Both the position numbers and the translations under genes were made by a program. Positions 24,991 to 38,436 of a stretch of 64,000 nucleotides of DNA are shown in pieces. The number at the start of each line of letters is the position of its first letter. Position 1 is the first letter of the stretch. Origin of the DNA: Mustelus asterias (lineage: Eukaryota); the NCBI RefSeq assembly GCF_964213995.1, contig NC_135822.1:68324001-68388000 (forward strand), given 5' to 3'. The notes under the pieces were generated by a model, which was given only the letters and a program-made list of their open reading frames with translations, made no database searches and had not been told where the DNA came from.

Positions 24991-26089
24991 CAGTCATCTT
25001 TAAAGATGGAGAAGGGAAACCAATTCTGTGATTTGCAGTGTAGCAGCGATTTTCACTTGAGGTAAGGGTGCAGGTAGCGAGCCCGCAGCTTGCTCTGCCG
25101 ACCTGGCCAGTTCTATTGTGGGCCTAGGCATCGCATAACTCACCCACAATTTTTGTGGAACTTGGCCAGCTTCCCAAGGACTCATGACTCACAGCTCCTG
25201 TACTTCAGAACTTTTTGAAAGGTTAGTTTAAAAACTCTTACCCATGCCCCCTCCATGCCCTCAGGATACTCATGCTCCTTCCATGGCCATTCACCCATTA
25301 TGCACAATTCACCCTGTAGGCACATTGTACAAAACCAATAAGCCATATAATAACAGTGCCAGTTCTTTGAAAAGGAATTCCATGAAAAAGCACACCCATT
25401 CAAAAATCTCTGCTGCTTTTCTTGAAACCTTATGAAAGTGTCAATCTGATACTTATGATCAGAATTTCAATACTTGAAGCTTTACCCCACTTCACACTTT
25501 TAATTTGTCCAAATAATCATATAGATATTGAAAAAAAAACTGATCAAAGAATATTTCAACCTCATAAAGATGTCAATCAATGAAAGCTATCACCCCACTT
25601 TAGCCTGTGTCAACAGACCCCTGCTATACTAACCCATGAATGAATTTTGGAGCTCAGCCCAGCATTTGTAATGAGGCCATTTGGAGAAGCAGATGTCTGA
25701 CCATTTATTCCTGTTGATACAATTCCCAGGAAGCCTCACCAAAACATGTGAAGTAAATCTTCTGTTAATAAAATGAAAGAATGGCAGTGTCTGATTGACA
25801 CTTCTTCGAAATAAGAGAATCTTCTGCTTTTCAAAGCAGATTCCTGAATGGGTGTTTCTCACGAGCATTTCAAGACTTGCCATTGTTACATGCTTTTGGA
25901 CATGATGTGTACTGGGTGAGTGGACATGGATGGGACTATGGGAGATAAGGGGGAATGGGGAGTGGGTTGGGGTGAAAGGAAGTGAGGGATGAGGATCTGA
26001 ATGCCTTCATTGGTATGACATCCCAGAAAACAAAGGTAGGCATTCTAACTAACCTGCCTTGGCACTTGCATGTCTTCATGGTTGCTTCT

Positions 26090-26725
26090 GAACATAGGAA
26101 CAGGCCATCTGGCCCATTGAGCCTGCTCAACTATTCAATTAGGTCACTTTACTGCACTGTCTCTATTTCCCTTGAAGTCATTAGTCTCCAGAAATCTATC
26201 CCCTTATCCTGACACTATTTTCCCTGGTTTTAGACTCACCAGCCAGGGAAAACATCTAATCTACATGCAACCTGCCATGACCTGTGAGAATTTTACAAGT
26301 TTCATTGAGGTCACCCCCTCAGTCTTTGAAACTCCAGATTACACAGACCTCGGCCGGAATTTTACCGCCATGCCCACCACGGGAATCTGAGCAGGTGAGG
26401 GATGGGCCATGGAAAGGTTCATTGACCTCGGGTGGGATTTTCCGGTTTCGGGACGAGCAAGGCCGTAAAATCCCGCCCCTCGTTTCTTCAATCTCTCTTC
26501 ATAAGGCGATCCAACCATGCCAGGTATTAACCTGGTGAACCTCCATTGCACTCCCCCTATGACAAGTATACTCTTCCTTAGATAAGGAACTGTGCACAAT
26601 ACTCTGGGTGAGGTCTCACCAAGGCTCTACTCAAATCCCCTAACGATGATGGCCAACATACCATTTGCCTTCCTGATTTCTTCCGTACCTGTGTGCGAGC
26701 TGTTAGTGACTCATGGGTAAGGACA
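26090..26725 (-). mobile_element. Decayed CR1 3' fragment with inserted MITE
   Basis: Peptides RALVRPHPEYCAQF and VQWRFTRLIPGM. Confidence 0.7.
26351..26479. mobile_element. Harbinger-like MITE
   Basis: TIRs GGCCGGAATTTTAC / GTAAAATCCCGCCC. Interrupts a CR1. Confidence 0.65.
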
Positions 26726-26749
26726 CCCATTTTGCTGTGGACATTCACA

Positions 26750-27118
26750 TGAGGCAGTGGTGTAGTGGTATATTCATTGGACTGGTAGTCCAGAGACCCA
26801 GGATAATGCTCTGGGGATTCGATGTTCAAATCCCAGATGGTGTCATTTTAATTCCAAAGCAATGTGGAATTCGAAGTCATTAGATGGCCAAAAAACCATT
26901 GTCGATTATCTTAAAGACCCATTTGGTTCAATACCCCTCAGGGAAGGAAATCTGCTGCCCTTCCTTACCTGGCCTGGCCAACATGTGACTCCACACCCCA
27001 GCAATATGGTTGACTCTTAGCTGCCCTCTGATATGGCCCAGCAAGATACTCAGTTCAAAGTAAGGGGAATCAATGTTGGCCTTGCCAGTGGTGTCCAAAT
27101 CCCACGAACAAATAAAAA
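26750..27118 (+). mobile_element. RTEX-tailed tRNA SINE
   Basis: GAGGCAGTGGTGTAGTGGTA head, with body shared with 1856-2207. Confidence 0.75.
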
Positions 27119-27524
27119 GAACTGTGCACTTCCCAACCTCTCACCATTTGAGAAATATTCTGCCTCTCTGCTTTTTTTCTACAAAAGTGAATAGCTCCAT
27201 ATTTATGTGGGGTCGGTGGGCCCAGGTTTATCCGAGCCCCGCTGACCTGGAGTGGAAAAGGTGCATGTGGGCCATTTATATGGAGGCACATCTGTCGCAT
27301 CGGTGGTTTCCCAGCTCAATCTTTCCATCTTGCTGGCAAAGATCTGGTCTCTTGGGCTCACCGAGGTCTTTACCAGATCTCAAAAACATCTCAAAGCACA
27401 TCACAGGTCACAGATGCTGACCAATTTTGCAACTCGAAGGATTGGGTGATGACTGGTGAGCCTGATGAAAGCATCTTTGCCTCTATCACACTTAATATGA
27501 CTGTAGTCTGCTTGAAACCATTCA

Positions 27525-28073
27525 TTCTGTGAATCTACTCCATATACAAGTCAGGAGTGTGATGGAATTCTCCCCACTTGCCTGGATGGGTGCAGCTCCA
27601 ACAACACTCAATAAGCTCGATACCATCCAAGACAAAGCAGCCCCGCTTGATTGGCACCCCATCCACAAACATTCAATCTCTTCACCACCAACGCTCAGTC
27701 ACAGCAGTGTGTGCTATCTACAAGATGCACTGCAGCAATTCACCAAAGATCCTTAGACAGCACCTTCCAAACCCACAACCACTTCCATCTAGAAGGGCAA
27801 GGGCAGCAGATACATGGGAACACCACCACCTGCAAGTTCCCCTCCAAACCACTCACCATCCTGACTTGGAAATATATCGCCGTTCCTTCGCAGTCGCTGG
27901 GTCAAAATCCTGAAATTCCCTCCCTAATGGCATTGTGGGCCAACCCACAGAACATGGACTGCAGCGATTCAAGAAGGCAGCTCACCACCACCTTCTCAAG
28001 GGGCAACTAGAGATGGGCAATAAATGCTGGCCTTGCCAGCGATGCCCATGTCCCACAAATGAATTTTAAAAAA
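27525..28073 (+). mobile_element. RTEX-like LINE 3' end
   Basis: Frameshifted peptide QVRSVMEFSPLAWMGAAPTTLNKLDTIQDKA / RLIGTPSTNIQSLHHQRSVTAVCAIYKMHC, followed by a 3' UTR. Confidence 0.72.
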
Positions 28074-28784
28074 CACAATATTCTTGCTCAGTGATCACAT
28101 GCACATCTCAAAGATCTGGGTATTGAACTATATGCCTGGAATAACCCCAAAGCACACTAATACGTTATTAGTTTTGAAACTATATGATACATTTTAATTT
28201 GTTTAGAAAAAGACAGACAGAAATCAATTGTCTAATAAGTGGAAGCAAGGTTTTTATGTTGTCAATAAGAAACAGCAGAATGCATTGAATAAAAATTGCT
28301 CTTACATGCTCAGTGTTAGAACTTGCAGTGGTGAAATGTAATGAGAGCTCTGTCTGTCTCAAAGGCATTGATTGTCTGCCGTTCTTTCCTTGGGGGGTGG
28401 GGGGTACCATCCAGCTCTCCACATGTAAAATGTGGTAATGAGCTGCAGATTCTGCCATCATACATCAAGCATCCTACCTCCCGAACAGCTTTCATATATT
28501 TGAAAAGGATGATCAATTTATGAACAAAAATCCACATTGGATCTCACCACCATCTTCAAACAGCAAAGTCACTGACTGACATGCTCATTGCAAACTACTT
28601 CAGTCGCTTTCAAGAATGTACTTCAGTGAGTTAGTCAGGCAAAGGTCAAAGAGACAATTTTGACAACTGGCACCTGGGATAAAAAGTAAAAGATAAACAC
28701 ATGTGACCATCACTTCCAATGCAAGTTCCCTGGCAGCTAATCCCCACCCATGTACGCATTTGCCGCAAAGAAGCCAAAGTAAAC

Positions 28785-29286
28785 TTTCACAGATGCACCA
28801 TAGAAAGCATTCTTTCTGGTTGTACCACAGCTTGGTATGGCGCCTGCTCTGCCCAAGACCGCAAGGGACTACAAAAGGTCGTGAATGTAGCCCAATCCAT
28901 CATGCAAACCAGCCTCCCATCCATTGACTCTGTCTACACTTCCCGCTGCCTCGGCAAAGCAGCCGGCATAATTAAGGACCCCACGCACTCTGGACCCTCT
29001 CTCTTCCACCTTCTTCCTTCGGGAAAAAGATACAAAAGTCTGAGGTCACGTACCAACCGACTCAAGTACAGCTTCTTCCCTGCTGCCGCCAGACTTTTGA
29101 ATGGACTTACCTTGCATTAAGTTGATCTTTCTCTACACCCTAGCTATGACTGTAACACTACATTCTTGCACTCACTCGTTTCCTTCTCCATGAACGGTAA
29201 GTTTTGTCTGTATGGCGCGCAAGAAACAATACTTTTCACTCAACACATATGACAATATAAATCAAATCAAATCAAAATCAAATCAA
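28785..29286 (+). mobile_element. Rex1/Babar LINE 3' end
   Basis: ORF 28719..29120 C-terminus (RYKSLRSRTNRLKYSFFP) and (AAATC)n tail. Confidence 0.88.
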
Positions 29287-29589
29287 GTAGAAAAAATGTA
29301 TGACAAGTTCAAGCTATCTGGTTTGAACAGAACAAAGTGAAAACACATTGACAACAGGGACTTTTAAAAAACAGTAATTTATTCAGTAACTGAGCAGCTA
29401 CTTCATGCTTGTACTCTGCCGCCCTGCTGGGAAGAACTCTTGCGCTCCCTACATGTGACCACTTGGTCTACCAGTGCTATCCAAGTAAAAGAAGACTATT
29501 GAAATATTGCATCTGTAAAGTGCCTTCCATGAGTTCTGGACATCCCAATGTGCTTTACTGGCAATGAGATTTTTTTTTCATTGGATACT

Positions 29590-29906
29590 TAGAATCATAG
29601 AAACGTAAAATCCTACAGTGCAGAAGGAGACCATTCAGCCCATCAAGTCTGCACTGACCACAATCCCACCCAGACTCTATCTCCATAACCTACCTAGTCC
29701 CCCTGGCACTAAGGGACAATTTAGCATGGTCAATCCACCTAACCTGCACATCTTTTGGACTGCGGGAGGAAACCAGAGCACCCGGAGGAAACCCACACAG
29801 GCACGGGGAAAATGTGCAAAGTCCACACAATGACCCAAGTCAGAAATCGAACCCCGGTCCCTGGCACTGTGAGGCAGCAGTGCTAACTACTGTGGCACCG
29901 TGCCGT
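29590..29906 (-). mobile_element. HE1-type V-SINE inserted in an older Deu-type SINE (about 29490-30080)
   Basis: HE1 head, V-domain and CR1 tail. Both flanks match SacSINE1-like sequence on the minus strand. Confidence 0.85.
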
Positions 29907-31324
29907 CAAATTTTTGAGGCGTCATAATGAGTGTCATGTAGCAAATGTGGTAGCCAAGCTCCCACAAAAAGCAATTGTTAATGTCCTGATAATCTGGTAT
30001 TTTTCAGTGACGTTGGTTGAGGTATAAATATTCATCAGGACGTGGGGGAGAAATTTCTTGTTCTTCTTTCAACTACATGGAATCAAAAGAGCTGTCAATT
30101 AGCTGTGCACCTGTTTAGCACTTGCCTAATTTTGTCACCTATGCACTCGTGACCTTAGTTAGCGAGGCAATAATTCTGCATTCAATCATTCCCATCAAAT
30201 GTGATCAACCCTCAGAAATACGAAGGAGAAACAAAAGTGTGATGAGTTGTTGTGGGTTCCTGGAGTCCATCTTGATTCCCCTCTGATTTCTGTAATGGCC
30301 TGGTTGAATGTGTTATCAAAATAATGAAGGTACTTTTGTAAGTTGCTCAGAGGAACCCATTATGAGGCTTCTGCTGATGCAGAAGAAGGTATCCAATCAA
30401 ATATAAAGGCCAAAGTCCTCCGAGGCACATGGAATCTAGCCCTCCTTTTAGGTGCTGTTAATGGTGTAGATGTGCTCCTCCTCACCTTCTCTGGGTATGG
30501 ATAGCCGGCATTACCAAGATTGCTTTTTGACACTACATCGGCAAATCACAGTTCGGAGGTTCTTTTGGAAGAAGAAAGCATAAGCACGTTGTTCAATAGT
30601 TCATCTGCTTTAGCTGCAATATTTCGTTACGTTGAAGGAGTTGAGAAGTCAAAGAGATCACCGTTAAAAAAATGAAGCTTGGGAAAAATGAGGGAGGATA
30701 CAGTGACGTTGTCCCCACTGGACAGATTTGACAGCAAGATTCCCTTGCAATGAGGTTAATAACCTGTTGATCTGCTTTTTGGTGGTATCACTTGACAGAA
30801 GACCATTGCCTGGGAGAATTCTCTGAGGCTTTAATGGAGGCACAGTTTCTTTAGTGTCCTCCAAAATCAAACAGAACATTTCAACCCAATTGTTTTGTTT
30901 GGCACCTTGTTATTCATTTGTGAGTTTATTGCCCAAGTAGTACTTAAATATTTAATTGGCACTTTGCAGTGTAACTCCGTATATTTTGTCTTCTCTTTCC
31001 AGTAAAATTTGAGGACAAGCTAAGGGAAATCAAATCGCTCCTATAAAAACTTTTGAAATCACTTTCCCTTTCTGTGAAATTCAGTTGTTAGATCATATAA
31101 GCAGATTCACAAAGGCAAGGGAGTCAGACATAACAACAGTAACAACTGTTTTAAAATAGAACCTTTAAGGCAACAGCATGTCCCATGGTACTTCACAGAA
31201 GTATTATCAAAGGAAATTTAGACAAGATCATGGAAAATGATCATCTGGTGTTCATTGCATTGCTGTGTGTGCAATGTGCAAAAATTGGCTGCTGTGTTTC
31301 TGACAACAGTGACTACACTTCAAG

Positions 31325-31630
31325 TAAAAATGTATTTATTAGTGTCACAAGTAGGCTTACATTAACACTGCAATGAAGTCACTGTGAAAATCCCCAAGTC
31401 GCCACACTCTGGCGCCTGTTCGGGTACACTGAGGGAAAATGTAGCATGGCCAATCGACTTAACCAGCACGTCTTTTGGACAATGGGAGGAAACTGGAGCA
31501 CCCGGAGGAAACCCACGGAGACACGGGGAGAACGTGCAGACTTCACACAGACAGTGACCTAAGCCAGGAATTGAACCCAGGTCCCTGGCATGTGAGGCAG
31601 CAGCGCTAACTACTGTGCCATCGTGCCGCA
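31325..31630 (-). mobile_element. V-SINE type B inserted in a Deu-type SINE fragment
   Basis: Type B tail. The host sequence CAGTGACTACACTTCAA resumes after the insert as TACTTCATTGGCT. Confidence 0.87.
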
Positions 31631-32257
31631 CCTCAGGATTACTTCATTGGCTATTGGTTGTTAAAGGAATCGAATGTCTCTTTTTTCCATTCACGCTGAG
31701 TCTGATCATCTGTACACGGTGAGTCCATTGCTTCACTGTTTACTGGCAGGGAATAACTCACCATGTCAGCTTTCTAACTTCAGGTAACAAGGCAATTAGG
31801 CTGAGGAGGCAAAAGTGGTAGTCTGACTGAGGTGGGCAGAATATTGAAGGAAGTATGAAGGAATAGAAAGGGAATGATTATTTCCTTGAGGAGGGAACTC
31901 CAGCAGAAGGACCATAATCTAAACTTTAGAAGCAGAGCAGAGAAGGATTGCACTCCATCAACAGGCCACAGATGTCAAATCAAATAAGATGTTGAAAAGG
32001 GAAATAGGTAGCCATGTGATAGGTATGAGTGATGTGGAGATGCCGGCTTTGGACTGGGGTAAACACAGTAAGAAGTTTAACAACACCAGGTTAAAGTCCA
32101 ACAGGTTTATTTGGTAGCAAAAGCCACACAAGCTTTTGGAGCTCTTAGCCCCTTCTTCAGGTGAGTGGGAATTCTGTTCACAAACAGAGCTTATAAAGAC
32201 ACAGACTCAATTTACATGAATAATGGTTGGAATGCAAATACTTACAACTAATCAAGT

Positions 32258-32597
32258 ACACGGTACATACTCTTGCAATTCGGCCAACGTTGTCTACCTG
32301 ATACGCTGCAAGAAAGGATGTCCCGAGGCATGGTACATTGGGGAAACTATGCAGACGCTGCGACAACGGATGAATGAACACCGCTCGACAATCACCAGGC
32401 AAGACTGTTCTCTTCCTGTTGGGGAGCACTTCAGCGGTCACGGGCATTCGGCCTCTGATATTCGGGTAAGCGTTCTCCAAGGCGGCCTTCGCGACACACG
32501 ACAGCGCAGAGTCGCTGAGCAGAAACTGATAGCCAAGTTCCGCACACACGAGGACGGCCTCAACCGGGATATTGGGTTCATGTCACACTATTTGTAA
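32258..32597 (+). pseudogene. GIY-YIG endonuclease domain of the Penelope ORF, 5'-truncated
   Basis: NVVYLIRCKKGCPEAWYIGETMQTLRQRMNEH...EQKLIAKF...GLNRD. No RT upstream. Confidence 0.9.
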
Positions 32598-32806
32598 CTC
32601 CCACAGTTGCGTGGACCTGCAGAGTTTCACTGGCTGTCTTGTCTGGAGACAATACACATCTTTTTAGCCTGTCTTGATGCTCTCTCCACTCACATTGTTT
32701 CGTCTCTTAAAGACTTGATTAGTTGTAAGTATTTGCATTCCAACCATTATTCATGTAAATTGAGTCTGTGTCTTTATAAGCTCTGTTTGTGAACAGAATT
32801 CCCACT

Positions 32807-32843
32807 CACCTGAAGAAGGGGCTAAGAGCTCCGAAAGCTTGTG
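32807..32843 (+). ncRNA. Minimal type I hammerhead ribozyme motif
   Basis: CAC CTGAAGA A GGGGC TAAGA GCTCC GAA AGCT T GTG. Confidence 0.75.
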
Positions 32844-33062
32844 TGGCTTTTGCTACCAAATAAACCTGTTGGACTTTAACCTGGTGTTGTTAAACTTCTT
32901 AATAGGTATGAGTGCCAAAGAATATGAAGGGAAATTTTTCAATGGTCATTCTTTCGGTCTGGCACTTGCAACATTATTTTGAGACATTTCAAAAATATTC
33001 ACAGCAATTAAGTAAACCATTCACACTGATCCATGCCAGTGCTTCGGCTCCACATGAGCCTT

Positions 33063-33378
33063 CATAGAATCCTACAGTGCAGAAGTAGGCCATTTGGTCC
33101 ATCAAGTCAGCAGCGACCACAATCCCACCCAGGCCCTATCCCCATAATCCCATGCATTTATCCTTAGCTAGCCCCCCTGACACTAAGGGGCAATTTAGCA
33201 TGGCCAATCCACTTAACCCGCACACCTTTGGACTGTGGGAGGAAACCGGAGCACCCGGAGGAAACCCACGCAGACGCGGGGAGAATGTGCAAACTCCGAA
33301 CAGACAGTGACCCAAGCCGGGAATCCAACCCGGGTCCCTGGCGCTGTGAGGGCAGCAATGCTAACCACTGTGCCGCCC
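33063..33378 (-). mobile_element. HE1-type V-SINE (CR1 tail)
   Basis: Full head, V-domain and tail. Confidence 0.9.
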
Positions 33379-33569
33379 AGGAGCCTTCTCCTTTCCGAGT
33401 TCATCTAGCCCCATCAACTTATTCCTTTCTACCGTATAGGCTGAATTTTACAGGGGGGTGGGGGTGGTTTTGGGGGTAGGGATGAAGGAGCTGCTGTTAT
33501 TCGTCCTCTCTTACAAAAGTTGCTTTCAAACTGACCAATTTTAAAGAAGGCCACCTCGCAGCTGCCGGC

Positions 33570-33884
33570 AGCTGACATGAGCAGAGGCTGGGCCTTCTGC
33601 CTCCCGCCTCCCAGTGGGAGGAAGCCCCGTCATTGATAGCTGACATGAGCAGAGGCTGGGCCTTCTGCCTCTCAGTGGGAGGAAGCCCCATCGTTGATAG
33701 CTGACATGAGCAGAGGCTGGGCCTTCTGCCTCTCAGTGGGAGGAAGCCCCATCATTGATAGCTGACATGAGCAGAGGCTGGGCCTTCTGCCTCTCAGTGG
33801 GAGGAAGCCCCATCATTGATAGCTGACATGAGCAGAGGCTGGGCCTTCTGCCTCTCAGTGGGAGGAAGCCCCATCGTTGATAGC
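33570..33884. repeat. 61-bp minisatellite, 5 copies
   Basis: Unit AGCTGACATGAGCAGAGGCTGGGCCTTCTGCCTCTCAGTGGGAGGAAGCCCCATCATTGAT. Confidence 0.95.
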
Positions 33885-34358
33885 TCCCAGCCAATATGAT
33901 CAGCTGGTAGCTCCAGCAGTCCCGACAGTACCAGAACTCAGCTGTGTGCACAACCGAGACTGCAAAGAGATCCCAGAAAGAAGAGCAATGGGTCCTGGAC
34001 TAGGATAAGTCCTGGGCTGGAATTTTCTAACCAGTCTCTAATTTTAACCACCTCTTCTGAAAAAGCAATGAAAGGGAAGGGAGCGAGGCTGATCAATATA
34101 CTTCTAAGTTAATTTCAATATTATGAGTGAGCCCGTGATGCAAGCAGAGGTGGGCAAGACCCTAATTTCCACTTTAAGCCATCAAAGTAATTCAAGAAAC
34201 CAGGCCTGCCAAGACCTGGTCTGTTTACACCGCATGCCAATCGGTCCCTTATCATTTCATTCAACACTGGAGGACTGTTGCCAAGAGAGAGACCAGCGGT
34301 CACAAATTAGAGATAGAAGAACCTTTAATTTGTAAAAGTACATTCCTTTCACCCATAT

Positions 34359-34360
<2 letters not shown>

Positions 34361-34400
<40 letters not shown>
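34361..34400. repeat. (TG)n(AG)n compound microsatellite
   Basis: Directly visible in the sequence. Confidence 0.9.
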
Positions 34401-34401
<1 letters not shown>

Positions 34402-34589
34402 GAGAAAGGTCAAGTGGGTAGCATTGCATTGGGGTTGGGAATAAATAAACTTCTTGTTGCCTGCTGCTGATTTTTAAAAGTTCGAACGCACACTCAAAGG
34501 GGTAAGCAAATGTGCACCTCCTTCCATACACACCATGTGCTGTGTGCAACAGCTTTTACCCAAATTCTCGCAGGCAAGTCTCCTGGTAA

Positions 34590-35016
34590 TCTTTCTGGTT
34601 GTATCACAGCTTGGTATGGCTCCTGCTCTACCCAATCCATCACGCAAACCAGCCTTCCATCCATTGACTCTGTCTACACTTCCCGCTGCCTCGGCAAAGC
34701 AGCCAGCATAGTTAAGGACCCCAAGCACCCTGGACATTCTTTCTTCCACCTTCTTCCTTCGGGTAAAAGATACAAAAGTCTGAGGTCACGTACCAACCGA
34801 CTCAAGAACAGCTTCTGCCTTACTGCCGTCAGACTTTTGAATGGACTTACCTTGCATTAAGTTGATCTTTCTCTACACCCTAGCTATAACTGTAGCACTA
34901 CATTCTGCACTCTCTCGTTCCCTTCTCTATGAACAGTATGCTTTGTCTATATAGCACGCAAGAAACAATACTTTTCACTGTATGTTAATACATGTGACAA
35001 TAATAAATCAAATCAA
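34590..35016 (+). mobile_element. Rex1/Babar LINE 3' end with internal deletion
   Basis: ORF 34510..34860 C-terminus and TCACTGTATGTTAATACATGTGA stem-loop tail. Confidence 0.87.
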
Positions 35017-37500
35017 GAAGCGCATTTCAGGATGGCATAGCCATCCAGGCCTTTAAAACTTCTTCAGTTAATGTTAATTCATAATTCTTAACTTCTGATC
35101 ATATTCAAAGTGTGAGCAACACAACAAGACATTTGAAAGTCAATTATTTCAAAAGGCTTTGTGAGGAAATAATGACGCTATGGGGGCTACAGGTCACAGC
35201 AGCCTGAGGATGGAATTTTATAAATCCTGCTGTTTTTTTAATCTTTCAAATACAGATGGAGCAAGATCAAACTAATAAGTCAAGCCTTCCTGGAATGATT
35301 AAAGTTCTTCTTTGTTCACTGAAGTCCTTTGACTGTCAGAAAGCCTGACTGAGGAATATTAATGTGCTCTTGGAGCACAGGAGGTGAGAATTACAGTGGG
35401 AAAGTGTTGTATGACCTGCTTGATCAAATAACTCAGCTGATCTGACCATTGCAGTTCAATGCAGGTTACCACTTTCTTCTTTAATCACTCAAATATCCAG
35501 AGCAGCAGGTGCTGGGGATACAACTGACATTGAAAGAAGGATCTGCCATACTGATTGAAAGAGTCATCAATTGGAGATTGCAATGTTCTGAAAGAAAAAC
35601 TTACATTCTGCACATTTCTTTATCACCCCTCTGTGCGTCATGCTGTATAAATTAATCTGAATTTACCGTTGTTAGAGTCACAGAGTCATAGAGGTTTACA
35701 GCATGGAAAGAGGCCCTTTGGCCCAACTTGTCTATGCCGCCCCTTTTTATTAACCCCCCCAAGCTATTCCCAATTGCCCGCGTTTGGCCCATATCCCTCT
35801 ATACCCATAGCAGCAAAACACTGGAACTTACTTCACGCACAGCAAGATCCCACAAACTGTTAAATAAATAACCAGTCAATGTGCTTTTTGTGTACTTGAA
35901 TAGGCAAGAAATCTTTGCCAGAGTTTCAGAGAACGTCCCCCTTCTTCTTCGACTCGATCTTTACCCCATCAGCAAATGCAGAATGGGCTTCACTTTAAAT
36001 GAGGGACAGGACGTCTGACAATGCAACAATATAGGTAGGAGTAGTTCAGATTAGGAAACCTGGTTGGCACGGACGAGTTGGGCCAAAGGGCCTGTTTCTG
36101 TGCTGTATATCTCTACGACTCTATGACTCTAATATCTCAGCAGAAGACTGGAGCGTCCTACATTATATACTTAAATCTTGACACAGAGATGAGAATGCTG
36201 CAGATGAACCAAGTCAACATTCTGCCCGGACTTTCACCATGATGGAGAGGCTCTCTTCATCTTGGCACAAGTCCCAGTAATGGCTATTAATTCAAATCCT
36301 ACCACCGAACAGACCATGCTCCATTTTCAGGAGGATGTGAGTGGAGTCACGCCAGCTCTTGCACGTGCGTAGATTGCTATTGAAATCCCCAGCTACCTCC
36401 ACTGAAGTGGGAATTTGGTCAGCCAGGAATGTGAAACATGCAGGTTAGACTGGACAGGAGGAGGTCTGAACTTGGTAGATTCATCTGGATAGCCAAGGTA
36501 CTCCCAAAGAGAGGTAAGGTGTCCCTTTAGATCTGGCCCTGAAATTACCTTTGGGAGAGGTAAGGTAAGGGAAAGGTAACCACCTGAGATTGTTGAAAGT
36601 AAACAGGATGGTGTGTAAAAAAATCATGAATCCATTGGAACTAAGAAGTTGTCAAAGTACTGTCAAGCTGTCAAAGAACTGTCAAGTTGTCATAGAACTG
36701 TCAGTAAAGGAACCGTGAAAGGATTGTAGATGAGTTGGCATTGAGAGGGTTGGAGCAAAGGGGTGGCAGGGCATGGGTTGACTCAGCTTCTAATCCAGGT
36801 GCCAGCCACCTCCAGAGCAAAAATCCAACCTCTGTGGATGACAGCTGGATTAAATGGGTGGCCATTTTTAAAGGTCGGATTCACAGAGATGGGAATTCTT
36901 CCATTTATATGCACCCAGCCTGGGAATGAAAATTTGGGCCTCTGTTCACTTTGCTTTTCGAATCAGCTTGTAAGTATATAATGCAATGACTTTATTCCCA
37001 TCTTAAAAATGTCACAGTGCCATGGAAACATCACAGTATAGTTGATTTCACGCTGAATGTTTTTTGGGTCCTTTTATCTCAGTGCTCCAAGTGTCGAAAC
37101 AGCCAACTTCACTGAGATTTTGTGATGATGAATGAGAAACAGCCAGATAAGTTGATAACTTTGCAACAGGCATTTCAGAAGTAAAAAAGTCTAAGAAGTC
37201 TAAAGATCGGCTTGTGACTAAGGGTAAGAACCCGTGCTGACTGGCAGGAAGACTGATGTGCAATCTTTAATCTGGCATAAAAATAATTTCTTTCTGTTGA
37301 GATACTGTAATATTCGGGGCTGTAGGTTTAACTAAAAGAAAAAATGTGGGGTTTGCACGTGTAGGTGCAAATGAACAACTGCAGATTTATTGAAAGAGTA
37401 CAAACTGAAACTGAAACAGCAATCAGTGCAACACCCTAATGACATGGCCAATAAATCATGTGATCAGCTCTTGAAGCAATCAAGCGATTACTTAGATATA

Positions 37501-37690
37501 TGGGCTGGAATCCTCTGGCCGTTCACGCTGGTGGGGCACCCCCACCCGCAGGCTTCCTGCTGGTGTGGGGTGACGTCAGTGGGAATTCCCATTGATAGCG
37601 GAGGGACCAGAGAATCCTGCCGTTAGGAAACAACAAGCCATCTCTTGCCAGCAGGAAACACGTGGCTGGGAGGCTGGACAACCTCACCCA
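37501..37690. mobile_element. Harbinger-like MITE, decayed
   Basis: TGGGCTGGAATCCTC start, with CCATTGA and GAGAATCC internal motifs like the other MITEs. Confidence 0.5.
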
Positions 37691-38436
37691 TAATATCCCA
37701 CCCCCTTTTCTTCTGTGGCCATGACGTGATGTGATACATTAAATCAATAATACTTTAGACACAGTACTAGGCATCATCAATCATTATGGACAGTCAATAA
37801 GAAAGTTGATCAGAAGGATGTCCATTCCTCTTTCATTGTATACAATGGAATTTGGCTGTCCTTGAGCCGAGATGTGTGATTTGGAACTTCACTGGGCACT
37901 TCTTCTCTTGGAATTAAGTCTGCATCTTTCTCACATAGTAGCAAAGACACAATCATCAGGCAACTCAGATTCAACTGAGTCTTGACAACGACAATTCGTC
38001 AGCATGGCGTCATCAAGCTAATTCATTTTTGGTTGAACCGTGTAAGAAATTGGATCTATCTTTGCTAAAACTATGGTTGGTACCCATTTCTCACTCGTGG
38101 CATAATTACACACCAACACTCAGTCTCCTGATTGAAATGAGTGTTGTTTTGTCCTCACTTCTCATCTAGAAACTTGAGATTGTTGTTGATGCTCTGCATC
38201 GCGGACATTTCTGGAGGTAAGAATAAATCAAACGTAGTTCTCAACTTTCTCTTTAAGAGTAGTAATGCAGGTGAAATTTGGGTCGTTGCATTAGTAATGT
38301 TTCTACAGGATGCCAAAATCTATTCACACACCATTTTAACAAATATTCCTCTCTTGATCCTTTTAAAGAATGATTCAAGGCTTGGACAAATCTTTCAGCT
38401 AATCTATTGGCTGAAGGATGATAAAGAAGAAGGAAC

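Larger units (their letters stand above)
32030..32901. mobile_element. Penelope-like element with inverted pseudo-LTRs
   Basis: 189-bp inverted arms at 32069-32257 and 32713-32901. TSD ATAGGTATGAG at 32019-32029 and 32902-32912. Contains a GIY-YIG ORF. Confidence 0.93.
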
